A DNA stretch of 64,000 bases from Eubacteriales bacterium (lineage in GTDB: Bacteria > Bacillota > Clostridia > Oscillospirales > CAG-382): NCBI GenBank assembly GCA_045600105.1, contig JAZRXG010000049.1, forward strand, positions 304-64,303. The letters run 5' to 3'. A program made the translations under genes and the position numbers. Position 1 is the stretch's first letter; each line of letters starts with the position of its first letter. Shown here piece by piece: positions 53,406 to 64,000 of this stretch. The notes under the pieces are model-generated. The model did not search any database. It saw only the letters and a program-made list of their open reading frames with translations, and was not told the DNA's origin.

Positions 53406-54374
53406 ATGATCAAAAAGATAACCGGTACCTGGTTTGAATTCACCCATCACAACGTTCCCGAAGGCAAATACTGGAACCCCATCTGCCGCCACTTCTCCGC
53501 CGAGCAATGGCGCGAAAAGGTAAGGGAGATCAAAAGCCTCGATATGAAATATATCGTCCTCATGTGTACGTCGCTCGTATACGAGGACAAGGCAGAAGCG
53601 TACTTCAAGACCGATATCTACCCCGCTCCCGTGGATTTCGCCTGCGAAGACCCCATCGAAGCCCTGCTTTCCGAAGCCGACAAGTGTGATATCAAGGTAT
53701 TCGTTTCCACCGGCTTCTACGGCGTATGGACCCATACGATGGAAAATATGACGAGCGACGAAGTCACCAAACGCGCTTTCAAGGCGATGGAACAGCTCTA
53801 TGCCCTTTACGGACAGCATAAGTCGTTCTACGGCTGGTACTACCCCGACGAGACCTGCATCAGCGGTCACTTCCACCCCGATTTCATCACTTACTGCAAC
53901 AGATACACCGAATTCGCACGCACCATCGACAAAACGAAAAAAGCCCTCATCGCTCCCTACGGAACCAACATACTCAAAGCCGACGACGAATACGTCCGTC
54001 AGCTCGAATCGCTCGACGTTGATATCGTGGCGTATCAGGACGAGATCGGCGTGAGAAAGTCGACCTACGACCAGACCGGCGCTTATTACGCCGCTCTCCG
54101 CAAGGCGCACGACAAAGCAGGCAGAAGCGCTCTGTGGGCAGACATGGAGATCTTCGAGTTCGAAGGCGACGTTTACCGCTCCGCGCTCATTCCGGCAGCC
54201 GTCACGAGAGTTGAAAAGCAGCTCGAAGCGATCTCGGAATACTGCGACGAAATCCTCTGCTATCAGTACCTCGGTATGATGAACAAGCCCGGCACGATCG
54301 CGTTCTGCGGACATCCCGGCTCGATCGAATACTACCGCGGCTACAAAAAGATGATCGACGAAAAGGTGAAATGA
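53406..54374 (+). CDS. DUF4434-like protein (glycoside-hydrolase-like TIM barrel, function unknown)
   Basis: ITGTWFEFTHHN...KYIVLM N-terminal pattern recalled from DUF4434; 322 aa; GGAGG RBS. Confidence 0.7.
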   Translation: MIKKITGTWFEFTHHNVPEGKYWNPICRHFSAEQWREKVREIKSLDMKYIVLMCTSLVYEDKAEAYFKTDIYPAPVDFACEDPIEALLSEADKCDIKVFVSTGFYGVWTHTMENMTSDEVTKRAFKAMEQLYALYGQHKSFYGWYYPDETCISGHFHPDFITYCNRYTEFARTIDKTKKALIAPYGTNILKADDEYVRQLESLDVDIVAYQDEIGVRKSTYDQTGAYYAALRKAHDKAGRSALWADMEIFEFEGDVYRSALIPAAVTRVEKQLEAISEYCDEILCYQYLGMMNKPGTIAFCGHPGSIEYYRGYKKMIDEKVK

Positions 54375-54375
54375 C

Positions 54376-55263
54376 ATGGAGACCGAAAACAGCGTGAACG
54401 TAAACGATATCCCCATGATGGAGCGCATCAGCAAATACGCCGAAAACTGCTCCAAGGGTCACAAAAAGATAGCGAAATTCATTTCCGAAAGCTACGTTTC
54501 CGCGTCGTATATGACCGCGTCAAAGCTCGCGAGCGAGGTCGGCGTTTCGGAATCCACCGTGGTCAGATTCGCGATGGAGCTCGGCTTCGAGGGCTACCCC
54601 GAGCTTCAGGCATCCCTCAGAAGCATGCTCAAGAACAAGCTGACTTCCATTGAAAGGATCGAGATCGCCACCGAAAGAATGGGCAACGACGTTCTGTTCG
54701 CCACCCTTTCCGCCGAGATCGACAACCTCCGCGCAACGCTCGCAAACACCGACAAGGACAATTTCGAGTCCATCGTCGATATGATAATGTACGCCAAAAA
54801 CGTATACATCGTGGGCAACCGTTCCTCGACGTCGCTCGCAAACTTCATGTATTTCTATATGTCGCTCATTTTCGACAAGGCGCGTCTCGTCCAGTCCGTC
54901 AGCGGCAGCGACATTTTTGAGCAGATGTTCCGCATCGGCGAAGGCGACGTCGTCATCGGCATCACGTTCCCGCGTTATTCCAAGCGCACCGTCGACGCCA
55001 TGACCTTTGCTCACAAGAGCGGCGCTTTCACCGTGGCGATAACCGACTCGCCCTCCTCCCCCGTCGTACCCATCGCCGACAAGGTGCTTTACGCCAAGAA
55101 CGAAGTCTCGTCGTTCGTCGATTCGCTGGTAGCCCCGATGGCGCTCATCAACGCGCTCGTTTCGGCGCTCTGCCAGAAGAAAAACAAAGAAGTCGTCAAA
55201 AACTTTGAAAAGCTCGAGAGTATCTGGGATGAATACAGTATCTACGACAAAAACGCAAAATAA
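54376..55263 (+). CDS. MurR/RpiR family transcriptional regulator (HTH plus SIS domain)
   Basis: HTH MTASKLASEVGVSESTVVRFAMELGFEGY; SIS domain VYIVGNRSS. Confidence 0.9.
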   Translation: METENSVNVNDIPMMERISKYAENCSKGHKKIAKFISESYVSASYMTASKLASEVGVSESTVVRFAMELGFEGYPELQASLRSMLKNKLTSIERIEIATERMGNDVLFATLSAEIDNLRATLANTDKDNFESIVDMIMYAKNVYIVGNRSSTSLANFMYFYMSLIFDKARLVQSVSGSDIFEQMFRIGEGDVVIGITFPRYSKRTVDAMTFAHKSGAFTVAITDSPSSPVVPIADKVLYAKNEVSSFVDSLVAPMALINALVSALCQKKNKEVVKNFEKLESIWDEYSIYDKNAK

Positions 55264-56485
55264 CATTGTCATCATAGGTGGCGGCGCGGCAGGAATGCTC
55301 GCCGCCGTTTCCGCGTCCGGCGGAGACTGCGACGTCGTCGTCATCGAAAAGAACGACCTCCCCGGCAAAAAAATAAATATCACCGGCAAAGGCAGATGCA
55401 ACGTCACCAACAACTGCACCGAGCAGGAATACCTCGCGAACGTCGTTTCGAACCCCAAGTTCCTGCTTAAAGCCATTTACCGCTTCCCTCCCGCAAAGAC
55501 GATGGAGTTCTTCGAGTCGAACGGCGTTCCTCTCAAAACGGAACGCGGCAGACGAGTCTTTCCCGTCAGCGACAAGGCGGTGGATATAACGAGCACGCTC
55601 CGCAAAGCAGTTGAGAAAAGCGGCGGCAGATTCGTCCACGGCACGGTATTTGACATTGAAAAAGACGAAAACGGTGTAAAAAGCGTGCTTTACCGCACTC
55701 CGAACGGCGTAAAGAAGATAGACGCCCACGCCGTCATACTCGCGACCGGAGGCAAAAGCTATCCGCTCACGGGCTCGACCGGAGACGGCTACCCCATTGC
55801 CGAAAAGCTCGGCCACACCGTGACTCCGCTGCGTCCGTCGCTCGTGCCGCTCCTCGCCGAGGAAAGCTGGTGCAAGACGCTTACGGGGCTCTCGCTCAAG
55901 AACGTCAGCGTGTCGCTCGAAAGCGGCGGCAAGACCGTATATTCCGATCAGGGCGAAATGCTGTTCACGCATTTCGGCGTGACGGGTCCGCTCATACTCG
56001 CGGGCTCCGCGTATATCAAGTCGTTCCCGTGCAGAATGTTCATCGACATGAAGCCCGCACTCTCGTTCGAAACGCTCGACGCGAGACTTTTGTCGGATTT
56101 TGAAGAATTCAAAAACAAAGATTTCATCAACTCGCTCGAAAAACTGCTGCCCAAAGCGATGATACCCGTTTTCGCGTCGCTTTCCGGCATCGACGTCCAC
56201 AAAAAGACGAATTCGATAACCAAGGAAGAACGTCACAGACTCGTGAGCCTTCTCAAGGCGATACCGCTGACGATAACGGGGACCCGCCCCATCGAGGAAG
56301 CCGTAGTCACCGCCGGCGGAATAAACGTCAAAGAGATAAATCCGTCCACGATGGAGTCGAAGATAGTCCCGAATCTTTACTTCGCGGGCGAGATAATCGA
56401 CGTCGACTGCTACACGGGCGGCTACAGCCTGCAGGAAGCGTTCTGCACCGGCTACCTCGCGGGCGACAGCGCAAAACAAAAATGA
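55229..56485 (+). CDS. HI0933-like NAD(P)/FAD-dependent oxidoreductase
   Basis: IVIIGGGAAGMLAA dinucleotide fold and GKGRCNVTN. Start at ATG 55229 overlaps rpiR by 35 nt; the ORF-track start is 55205. Confidence 0.85.
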   Translation: MNTVSTTKTQNNIVIIGGGAAGMLAAVSASGGDCDVVVIEKNDLPGKKINITGKGRCNVTNNCTEQEYLANVVSNPKFLLKAIYRFPPAKTMEFFESNGVPLKTERGRRVFPVSDKAVDITSTLRKAVEKSGGRFVHGTVFDIEKDENGVKSVLYRTPNGVKKIDAHAVILATGGKSYPLTGSTGDGYPIAEKLGHTVTPLRPSLVPLLAEESWCKTLTGLSLKNVSVSLESGGKTVYSDQGEMLFTHFGVTGPLILAGSAYIKSFPCRMFIDMKPALSFETLDARLLSDFEEFKNKDFINSLEKLLPKAMIPVFASLSGIDVHKKTNSITKEERHRLVSLLKAIPLTITGTRPIEEAVVTAGGINVKEINPSTMESKIVPNLYFAGEIIDVDCYTGGYSLQEAFCTGYLAGDSAKQK

Positions 56486-56503
56486 AATATTTTGAATTTC
56501 CTC

Positions 56504-56532
56504 TTGCATTTTTGCTCATAATGTGATATAGT
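56504..56532 (+). promoter_or_regulatory. putative promoter of gdhA
   Basis: TTGCAT (56504-56509), a 17 nt spacer, then TGaTATAGT extended -10 (56527-56532). Confidence 0.55.
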
Positions 56533-56540
56533 TTGTATAA

Positions 56541-57917
<1,377 letters not shown>

Positions 57918-57975
57918 GTGACGCGTTCATTCGGCGAAGACCACACGAAAAAGGATCATTATATATCTTTTCGGA

Positions 57976-58012
57976 AGAAAGAGTGCTGAAAAGCACTCTT
58001 TCTATTATTTTT
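57976..58012 (+). terminator. intrinsic terminator of gdhA
   Basis: AGAAAGAGTGC-TGAAAA-GCACTCTTTCT stem followed by ATTATTTTT. Confidence 0.8.
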
Positions 58013-58120
58013 GGTGTTTTCGTATTTCGAACGAACCGTCCCTCTCGCAGTACCTTTGTACAGCTTCGACCGATCTTCATCCGAATGCTCCGTGCCCTTA
58101 TGCTCTCGGCATTATGTAAA

Positions 58121-58148
58121 CAAAAAAGAACTTCCGTGAGGAAGTCCT
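58121..58148 (-). terminator. intrinsic terminator of the nfnAB-cysK operon
   Basis: On the minus strand, a GGACTTCC-TCAC-GGAAGTTC stem (one mismatch) followed by TTTTTTG. Confidence 0.6.
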
Positions 58149-58179
58149 TTTTCATTAGTTATCAGTTATTGGTTTACTC

Positions 58180-59109
58180 TCATTCTTCGAACAGAGGAGT
58201 GGAGAAATAGCGTTCGGCGGTATCGGGAAGGACGGTCACGACGGTCTTGCCCTTGCCGAGTTTTTTGGCAAGCTTAATCGCCGCCGCCACGTTGGTGCCG
58301 CTCGAAATGCCGCACATTATGCCTTCCTTGGACGCGAGTTCCTTCGAAACGCGGATGGCTTCGTCATCCTTGACGATGCAGATATCGTCGTAAATATTCT
58401 GATTGAGGATGACGGGGATGACGCCGTCACCGATGCCCATCTGAATATGCGTGCCGATCGAGCCGCCGGAGAGTATCGCCGCGTTCTCTGGTTCGACCGC
58501 CCAGATGGTCATATCGGGGTTCGCTTCCTTGAGCACTTCGCCGATGCCGGTAATGGTGCCGCCGGTGCCGATGCCGGAGCAGAAGCCGTGGATGGGACCG
58601 TCGACCTGCTCGAGTATCTCGCGCGCGGTCTGCGAACGCTGGATATCGGGATTCGCGGGGTTTTCGAACTGCTGAGGAACGAACACGTTGGGGTCTTCGT
58701 CACGCATTCTCAGCGCGAGATTCAGACATTCCTCGATACATTCGCCGATATTGCCCGCGTCGTGGACGAGGATGACCTCGGCGCCGTAGTGGTTGACGAG
58801 CTTTCGCCTTTCCTCGCTGACCGAGTCGGGCATGATTATTTTGGTTTTGTAGCCGCGCACCGCGCCGACCAGCGCAAGTCCGATGCCCTGGTTGCCGCTC
58901 GTGGGCTCAACGATGACGGTATCCCTGCCGATGAGTCCTTTTCGTTCGGCGTCGAGTATCATATTGTAAGCCGTGCGCGTCTTGATCGAGCCGCCGACGT
59001 TGAGCCCCTCGAATTTGACGAGTATTTGGGCGCTGTCGGGCTCGCATATACGGTTGAGACGGATGATGGGCGTGTTGCCCATCGCGTCGAGTATGTTTGA
59101 GCAGATCAT
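58180..59109 (-). CDS. cysK: cysteine synthase A (O-acetylserine sulfhydrylase)
   Basis: GNTPIIRL, GGSIKTR (PLP lysine region) and EPTSGNQGIGLA; 309 aa. Confidence 0.92.
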   Translation of the reverse strand: MICSNILDAMGNTPIIRLNRICEPDSAQILVKFEGLNVGGSIKTRTAYNMILDAERKGLIGRDTVIVEPTSGNQGIGLALVGAVRGYKTKIIMPDSVSEERRKLVNHYGAEVILVHDAGNIGECIEECLNLALRMRDEDPNVFVPQQFENPANPDIQRSQTAREILEQVDGPIHGFCSGIGTGGTITGIGEVLKEANPDMTIWAVEPENAAILSGGSIGTHIQMGIGDGVIPVILNQNIYDDICIVKDDEAIRVSKELASKEGIMCGISSGTNVAAAIKLAKKLGKGKTVVTVLPDTAERYFSTPLFEE

Positions 59110-59111
59110 TT

Positions 59112-60491
59112 TTATTTGTTATATTTAGCGTCGATGACTTCAGCTGCTTTTTTGCCCGCGCCCATGGCAAGTATGACGGTTGCCGCACCCGTTACGGCGT
59201 CGCCGCCGGCGTAAACGTTTTCACGGCTGGTCATGCCGTTTTCGTCAACGATGATGCCGCCCCATTTTTCGGTATCGAGTCCTTCGGTGGTGGACTTGAT
59301 GAGGGGGTTGGGGTTGTTGCCGAGCGCCATGATGACGCCGTCGACCTCGATGGTATGTTCGCTTCCCTCTTTGACGATGGGGCGTCTTCTGCCGGAAGCG
59401 TCGGGCTCGCCGAGTTCCATCTCGACGCACACGATGCCGTTAACGAATTTCTTATCGTCGCCGGTGATCTCGACGGGGTTGGTGAGGAACTTGAAGACGA
59501 TGCCTTCTTCCTTTGCGTGTTCGATCTCTTCACGGCGCGCGGGAAGCTCGGCTTCGCTTCTGCGGTAGATTATGTAAACCTCGTCCGCTCCCATGCGCTT
59601 TGCGCATCTGGCAGCGTCCATAGCGACGTTGCCGCCGCCGACGACAGCGACCTTTTTGCATTTGAGGATGGGGGTATCGGAATCGCGGTATGCTTTCATG
59701 AGGTTGATGCGGGTGAGATATTCGTTGGCGGAATAAACGCCGCTGAGGTTTTCGCCCTTGATGTTCATAAACTTGGGAAGACCCGCGCCGCTTCCGACGA
59801 AAATGGCTTCGTAGCCTTCGTCAAGCAGCTCGTCGACCGTGACGGTCTTGCCGATTATTACGTTGGTCTCGATCTTTACGCCGAGTTCCTTGAGGATCTC
59901 GATCTCTTTTGCGACGATGGTCTTGGGAAGACGGAATTCGGGAATGCCGTAAACGAGAACGCCGCCGGGAACGTGGAGCGCCTCGAAGACGGTGACGTCC
60001 CAGCCTTTGGAGGCAAGTCCGCCGGCGCAGGCGAGTCCGGAAGGACCGGAGCCGATGACCGCGGCTTTATGTCCGTTGGAAGCCGGCTTTTCGGCTTTTG
60101 CGGAAGTATTTGCATTGTGCCAGTCGGCAACGAAACGTTCGAGTCTGCCGATTCCGACAGGTTCGCCGTTTTTGCCTCTGACGCACTTGGATTCGCACTG
60201 GGTCTCCTGAGGGCAGACGCGTCCGCAGACCGCAGGAAGCGCGTTGTTCTGCTTGATTATGGAATACGCGCCCTCGTAATCACCGTCAACGATGGCTTTG
60301 ATGAACGAGGGGATGTTTACGTTTACGGGGCAGCCGGTGACGCAGAGCGGATTTTTGCAGTTGAGGCATCTTGCCGCTTCGTCAAGCGCGATTACTTCGG
60401 GATAGCCGAAAGCGACCTCATTGAAATTGGTGCATCTTATCTCCGGCTTTTCGCTCGGCATGGGGTTTTTGGTCTTTTTAAGGTTTGCCAT
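59112..60491 (-). CDS. nfnB: NfnB/SudA/GltD-type NADPH-dependent iron-sulfur flavoprotein (large subunit)
   Basis: Two N-terminal Cys clusters (CLNCKNPLCVTGCP, CGRVCPQETQCESKC) and two dinucleotide folds (VIGSGPSGLA, VVGGGNVAMD); 459 aa. Confidence 0.88.
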   Translation of the reverse strand: MANLKKTKNPMPSEKPEIRCTNFNEVAFGYPEVIALDEAARCLNCKNPLCVTGCPVNVNIPSFIKAIVDGDYEGAYSIIKQNNALPAVCGRVCPQETQCESKCVRGKNGEPVGIGRLERFVADWHNANTSAKAEKPASNGHKAAVIGSGPSGLACAGGLASKGWDVTVFEALHVPGGVLVYGIPEFRLPKTIVAKEIEILKELGVKIETNVIIGKTVTVDELLDEGYEAIFVGSGAGLPKFMNIKGENLSGVYSANEYLTRINLMKAYRDSDTPILKCKKVAVVGGGNVAMDAARCAKRMGADEVYIIYRRSEAELPARREEIEHAKEEGIVFKFLTNPVEITGDDKKFVNGIVCVEMELGEPDASGRRRPIVKEGSEHTIEVDGVIMALGNNPNPLIKSTTEGLDTEKWGGIIVDENGMTSRENVYAGGDAVTGAATVILAMGAGKKAAEVIDAKYNK

Positions 60492-60492
60492 T

Positions 60493-61335
60493 TTATTTTA
60501 CCTCCTGCTTGAAGAGATTGCAGGTGTCTTCGTGAGCCTTGCGTTCAAAGGGCTTATAGATCGCGCCTCTTGAAAGCGCTTCGTCGAAGTCGACCTCGTG
60601 ACCGTCGAAATCGGGACCGTCAACGCAGGCGAATTTTGTTTTGCCGCCGACGGTAAGTCTGCAGCCGCCGCACATTCCGGTGCCGTCGATCATTATGGGG
60701 TTCATCGAAACGATGGTCTTCACGTCGTACTGCCTGGTGAGCAGGCAGACGAATTTCATCATGATGAGCGGTCCGATGGTGATGACGCAGTCGAATTTTT
60801 CGCCTTCGTCAAGCAGCTTCTTAAGAGCGTCGGTAACGAGTCCCTTTTCGCCCACGCTGCCGTCGTCGGACATGAGGACGTATTTGTCGGAAACGGATAC
60901 GAATTCGTCCTTGAGGATGACGAGGTCTTTGTTTCTGAAGCCGACTATTGAGGTGACTTCGCAGCCCTGCTCGTGGAGCTTTTTGGCTACGGGGAACGCG
61001 ATGGCGCAGCCGACGCCGCCGCCGATGACGGCGACCTTCCTCAGTCCATCGGTCTCGGTCGGTTTGCCGAGAGGTCCCGCGAAATCGTGGATGTAATCGC
61101 CTTCTTCAAGACGGTTGAGCTTTTCGGTAGTCGCGCCGACTATCTGGAAAATGATCGTTACCGTGCCGGCGTTTCTGTCGTAATCGGCAATGGTGAGCGG
61201 GATGCGTTCGCCGTCGGCATCAACGCGGAGGATGATGAACTGACCGGGTTCCGCTTTTTTCGCGATGAGGGGGGCTTCCACCTTCATCAGAGTGACGGTG
61301 GGATTGAGAGATTCTTTGTAAATAATTTTATTCAT
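60493..61335 (-). CDS. nfnA: NfnA/SudB-type FAD/NAD-binding ferredoxin-reductase-like small subunit
   Basis: PyrK-like fold with a C-terminal 2Fe-2S motif CGGCRLTVGGKTKFACVDGP. Start set to ATG 61335 (MNKIIYKE). Confidence 0.85.
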   Translation of the reverse strand: MNKIIYKESLNPTVTLMKVEAPLIAKKAEPGQFIILRVDADGERIPLTIADYDRNAGTVTIIFQIVGATTEKLNRLEEGDYIHDFAGPLGKPTETDGLRKVAVIGGGVGCAIAFPVAKKLHEQGCEVTSIVGFRNKDLVILKDEFVSVSDKYVLMSDDGSVGEKGLVTDALKKLLDEGEKFDCVITIGPLIMMKFVCLLTRQYDVKTIVSMNPIMIDGTGMCGGCRLTVGGKTKFACVDGPDFDGHEVDFDEALSRGAIYKPFERKAHEDTCNLFKQEVK

Positions 61336-61470
61336 GAAAATCACCAAATCAAAAAATTCATTTTTATGCATTATATCACCGTTTATTCCTTTTGTAAATA
61401 GTTATTTTGAAAAAATGCACTATCATAATGCCCATTTTTTGTTATAAGCAAGACGTTATTTACACAAATA

Positions 61471-61499
61471 TTGACAAATGCCCCGTTTTGGTATATAAT
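61471..61499 (+). promoter_or_regulatory. putative promoter of trkAH
   Basis: TTGACA (61471-61476), a 17 nt spacer, then TATAAT (61494-61499). Confidence 0.6.
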
Positions 61500-61548
61500 A
61501 AATCAATGTTTGCAAAATCCCCTTCTTGAAACGGAGGAATATATAAGT

Positions 61549-62925
61549 ATGAAAATCGTAATTATCGGCTGCGGGAAAGTCGGCTTTACCCTTGCCGAGC
61601 AGCTCTCGCGCGAGGATCACGACATCGTCGTGGTGGACGAAAACCACAGATATCTTGAAGAAGCTCAGGACACGCTCGACATCATGACCGTCGAAGGCAA
61701 CGGCGCATCGCTCGAGGTTCTCCGCGATGCCGGCACCGCCGACGCGGACGTTCTAATCGCGACCACGAGCGCCGACGAGATCAACCTGCTTTGCTGCATT
61801 TCGGCGAAGAAGCTCGGCTGCCGTCACACCATCGCAAGGGTCAGGAATCCTCAGTACACCCAGCAGATCGCTTTCCTCAAGGACGAGCTCGGTCTTTCGC
61901 TGTCGGTCAACCCGGAGCAGGCTGCCGCTCAGGAAATATTCAAAATAATACAGATACCCTCTTTCCTCAAGCGCGACTCGTTCTACAAAGGACGCGTGGA
62001 GCTCGTTGAGCTCAAGCTTGCGGAAGGCGGAAAGCTCGACGGCAAACGCATAATGGACGCCGCGAAGCTGCTCGGGCTCCGCGTGCTTATATGCGCCGTG
62101 GATCGTGACGGCAAGGTATTCATCCCCAACGGACGTTTCGAGCTCAAGGGCGGCGACAGGATAACCGTTACCGCCGCGAGAAGTCTGCTCGCCAAGCTCA
62201 TCCACAACCTCGACCTCGAGCATCAGAAGATACGCGGCGTCATGATAATCGGCTGCAGCCGTGTCGCCGAATATCTCGCCGAGGAGCTCATCAAGAGCGG
62301 CGTTGACGTGAAGCTCATTGAAAAAGACGCCGAAAAATGCCGTCAGTTCTCGATAAACTTCCCCGAAGCCGTCGTCATCAACGGCGACGCTTCCGAAAGA
62401 GGCTTCCTTGAAGCCCAGGGGCTTGAGATGGCAGACGCGGTCATCACCCTCACCGGCAACGACGAAGAAAACCTCATCACCTCGATATACGCCAACCACC
62501 TCGGCGTCACCAAGACCGTCACAAAGGTGGACAGAAACGAATACGCCCGCCTTTTCGACGACCGTATCGGCAGTATCGTATGCCCCAAAGACCTGACGTC
62601 AAACGAAATACTCCGTTACATAAGAGCAATGGGCAACAGAGGCGACGGAACGGTCAAGGCTCTCCACCGCATAGTCGACGGAAAAGCCGAGGCGCTTGAG
62701 TTCGCGGCGTCGACGCCCGCAGCATACCTCGGCGTGCCTCTCGCAAAGCTCAACATCAAGCCCAACACGCTCATCGCCTGCATCTGCCGCAGCAACCAGA
62801 TAATCATTCCCAAAGGCGACGACGAGATCAGGCTCGGCGACACCCTCATCGTGGTAACCGGTGCCGAGCAGTCGTACAGCGATCTCAACGACATATTTGA
62901 AAAGGAAGCGGTAAAACAACAATGA
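61549..62925 (+). CDS. trkA: Trk system potassium uptake protein TrkA (two RCK/NAD-binding modules)
   Basis: MKIVIIGCGKVGFTLA and a second IIGCSRVAEYLA Rossmann fold. Start ATG 61549, with GGAGG upstream. Confidence 0.93.
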   Translation: MKIVIIGCGKVGFTLAEQLSREDHDIVVVDENHRYLEEAQDTLDIMTVEGNGASLEVLRDAGTADADVLIATTSADEINLLCCISAKKLGCRHTIARVRNPQYTQQIAFLKDELGLSLSVNPEQAAAQEIFKIIQIPSFLKRDSFYKGRVELVELKLAEGGKLDGKRIMDAAKLLGLRVLICAVDRDGKVFIPNGRFELKGGDRITVTAARSLLAKLIHNLDLEHQKIRGVMIIGCSRVAEYLAEELIKSGVDVKLIEKDAEKCRQFSINFPEAVVINGDASERGFLEAQGLEMADAVITLTGNDEENLITSIYANHLGVTKTVTKVDRNEYARLFDDRIGSIVCPKDLTSNEILRYIRAMGNRGDGTVKALHRIVDGKAEALEFAASTPAAYLGVPLAKLNIKPNTLIACICRSNQIIIPKGDDEIRLGDTLIVVTGAEQSYSDLNDIFEKEAVKQQ

Positions 62926-64000
62926 ACCTGCGACTTACGGGAAACTTTCTCGGAAAGATACTGCTTCTCGAATGTGCCGCGATGGTGCCGTCGCTGATAC
63001 TCTCGATCTGTGAAACGAATTGGAGCTCGGTCACGGCTTTCCTCATCACGATGGCGGCGCTTTCCGCTTTCGGGGGCATGCTTTCCCTGATAAAAGCCAA
63101 AAAACAAAAACTTTACGCCCGCGAAGGCTTCGTCATAGTTGCGCTTTCGTGGATACTCATTTCGCTTTTCGGTGCGCTTCCGTACACGATTAGCGGCTAT
63201 ATCCCGTCCTACGTCGATTCCCTGTTCGAGACGGTATCGGGCTTCACGACCACCGGCTCGTCCATACTCTCGGACATCGAAGCGCTTCCGATGGGGCTTC
63301 TGCTCTGGCGAAGCATAACCATCTGGCTCGGCGGTATGGGCGTGCTCGTGTTCATACTCGCGCTCGCTCCGCGCGGCAACGGCAACGGCATGAATCTTCA
63401 CATAATGAAAGCCGAAAGCCCGGGGCCCGTCGTGGGCAAGATAGCGCCCAAGCTTCATTCGACAGCGCGCATCCTTTATTCGATGTACATCGCGCTGACA
63501 ATACTTGAATTCATCTTCCTCATCTGCGGAGGGATGCCGCTTTTCGACTCGGTCAACACCGCCCTTTCGACGGCAGGCACCGGCGGATTCGCCATAAGGA
63601 ACGCGGGCATCGCCGCGTATTCGGCGTACAGCCAGGTAGTCATCGCGATATTCATGATGCTGTTCGGCGTGAACTTCAGCATCTATTATCTGCTCCTCAT
63701 CCGTGATTTCCGCAGTATATGGAAAAACGGCGAAGTCAAGGTCTATTTCTCGATAGTCATCATCGCCACCGCGGTCATCGCGTTCAACACCGCGAGTCTT
63801 TTCTCGAACGCGGGAGAGACGATAAGACACTCGTTCTTCCAGGTAAACGCCATAATCACGACGACGGGATTTTCGACGGTCGACTTCAATATGTGGCCCG
63901 TCTTCTCGCAGACGATACTCGTGGGCCTTATGTTCATAGGCGGCTGCGCGGGTTCCACCGCGGGCGGTCTCAAGGTCACGCGCGTCATCATTCTCCTCAA
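62922..64000 (+). CDS. trkH: Trk/Ktr family potassium transporter TrkH, partial (continues past the right edge)
   Basis: ATGA start/stop overlap with trkA. Hand translation MNLRLTGNFLGKILLLECAAM...FETVSGFTTTG...MKAESPGP stays open to 64000. Not in the ORF track because it has no in-window stop. Confidence 0.9.
   Translation, partial: MNLRLTGNFLGKILLLECAAMVPSLILSICETNWSSVTAFLITMAALSAFGGMLSLIKAKKQKLYAREGFVIVALSWILISLFGALPYTISGYIPSYVDSLFETVSGFTTTGSSILSDIEALPMGLLLWRSITIWLGGMGVLVFILALAPRGNGNGMNLHIMKAESPGPVVGKIAPKLHSTARILYSMYIALTILEFIFLICGGMPLFDSVNTALSTAGTGGFAIRNAGIAAYSAYSQVVIAIFMMLFGVNFSIYYLLLIRDFRSIWKNGEVKVYFSIVIIATAVIAFNTASLFSNAGETIRHSFFQVNAIITTTGFSTVDFNMWPVFSQTILVGLMFIGGCAGSTAGGLKVTRVIILL

Overview
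The window looks like chromosomal DNA from an anaerobic Firmicute, probably Clostridia. This rests on gene content (PFOR, NfnAB, a SpoVD-type PBP, GGAGG ribosome-binding sites) and roughly mid-50s %GC judged by eye. I support 51 protein genes and found no rRNA, tRNA, CRISPR array, transposase or integrase. Left to right: (i) small hydrolase/peptidase genes, feoAB, a cytidylate-kinase-like gene and tcdA. (ii) On the minus strand, a compact division/cell-wall (dcw) cluster, mraZ-rsmH-ftsL-pbp-murF-mraY-ftsW-murG-ftsQ. It ends in two tandem ftsZ paralogues and has no ftsA, murE or murD. (iii) An M23 peptidase, ilvE and a DUF3810-like gene. (iv) A tightly packed 12.6 kb, seven-gene minus-strand operon with one near-consensus promoter and one terminator. 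It encodes a 1129 aa CBM-like/solute-binding lipoprotein, two separate ABC permease pairs, a 733 aa NHL-propeller/TPR/Yip1 membrane fusion and a 1024 aa secreted TIM-barrel-like protein, with no ATPase and no regulator. This is the best candidate for an uncharacterised system. (v) A VanY-like protein whose metal ligands appear substituted, PFOR and yifB/comM. (vi) A cluster of five DnaA boxes with no dnaA nearby. (vii) A same-strand envelope module: SGNH hydrolase, PH-like membrane protein, lipoprotein, PAP2, ECF sigma and a membrane partner with an internal repeat. (viii) A 390 bp structured convergent intergenic region. (ix) pepT, DUF4434-rpiR-flavoprotein, gdhA, nfnAB translationally coupled to cysK, and trkAH. 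Many long ORFs in the track are antisense shadows of real genes and are rejected. All similarity statements come from motif recognition by eye; no searches were run.
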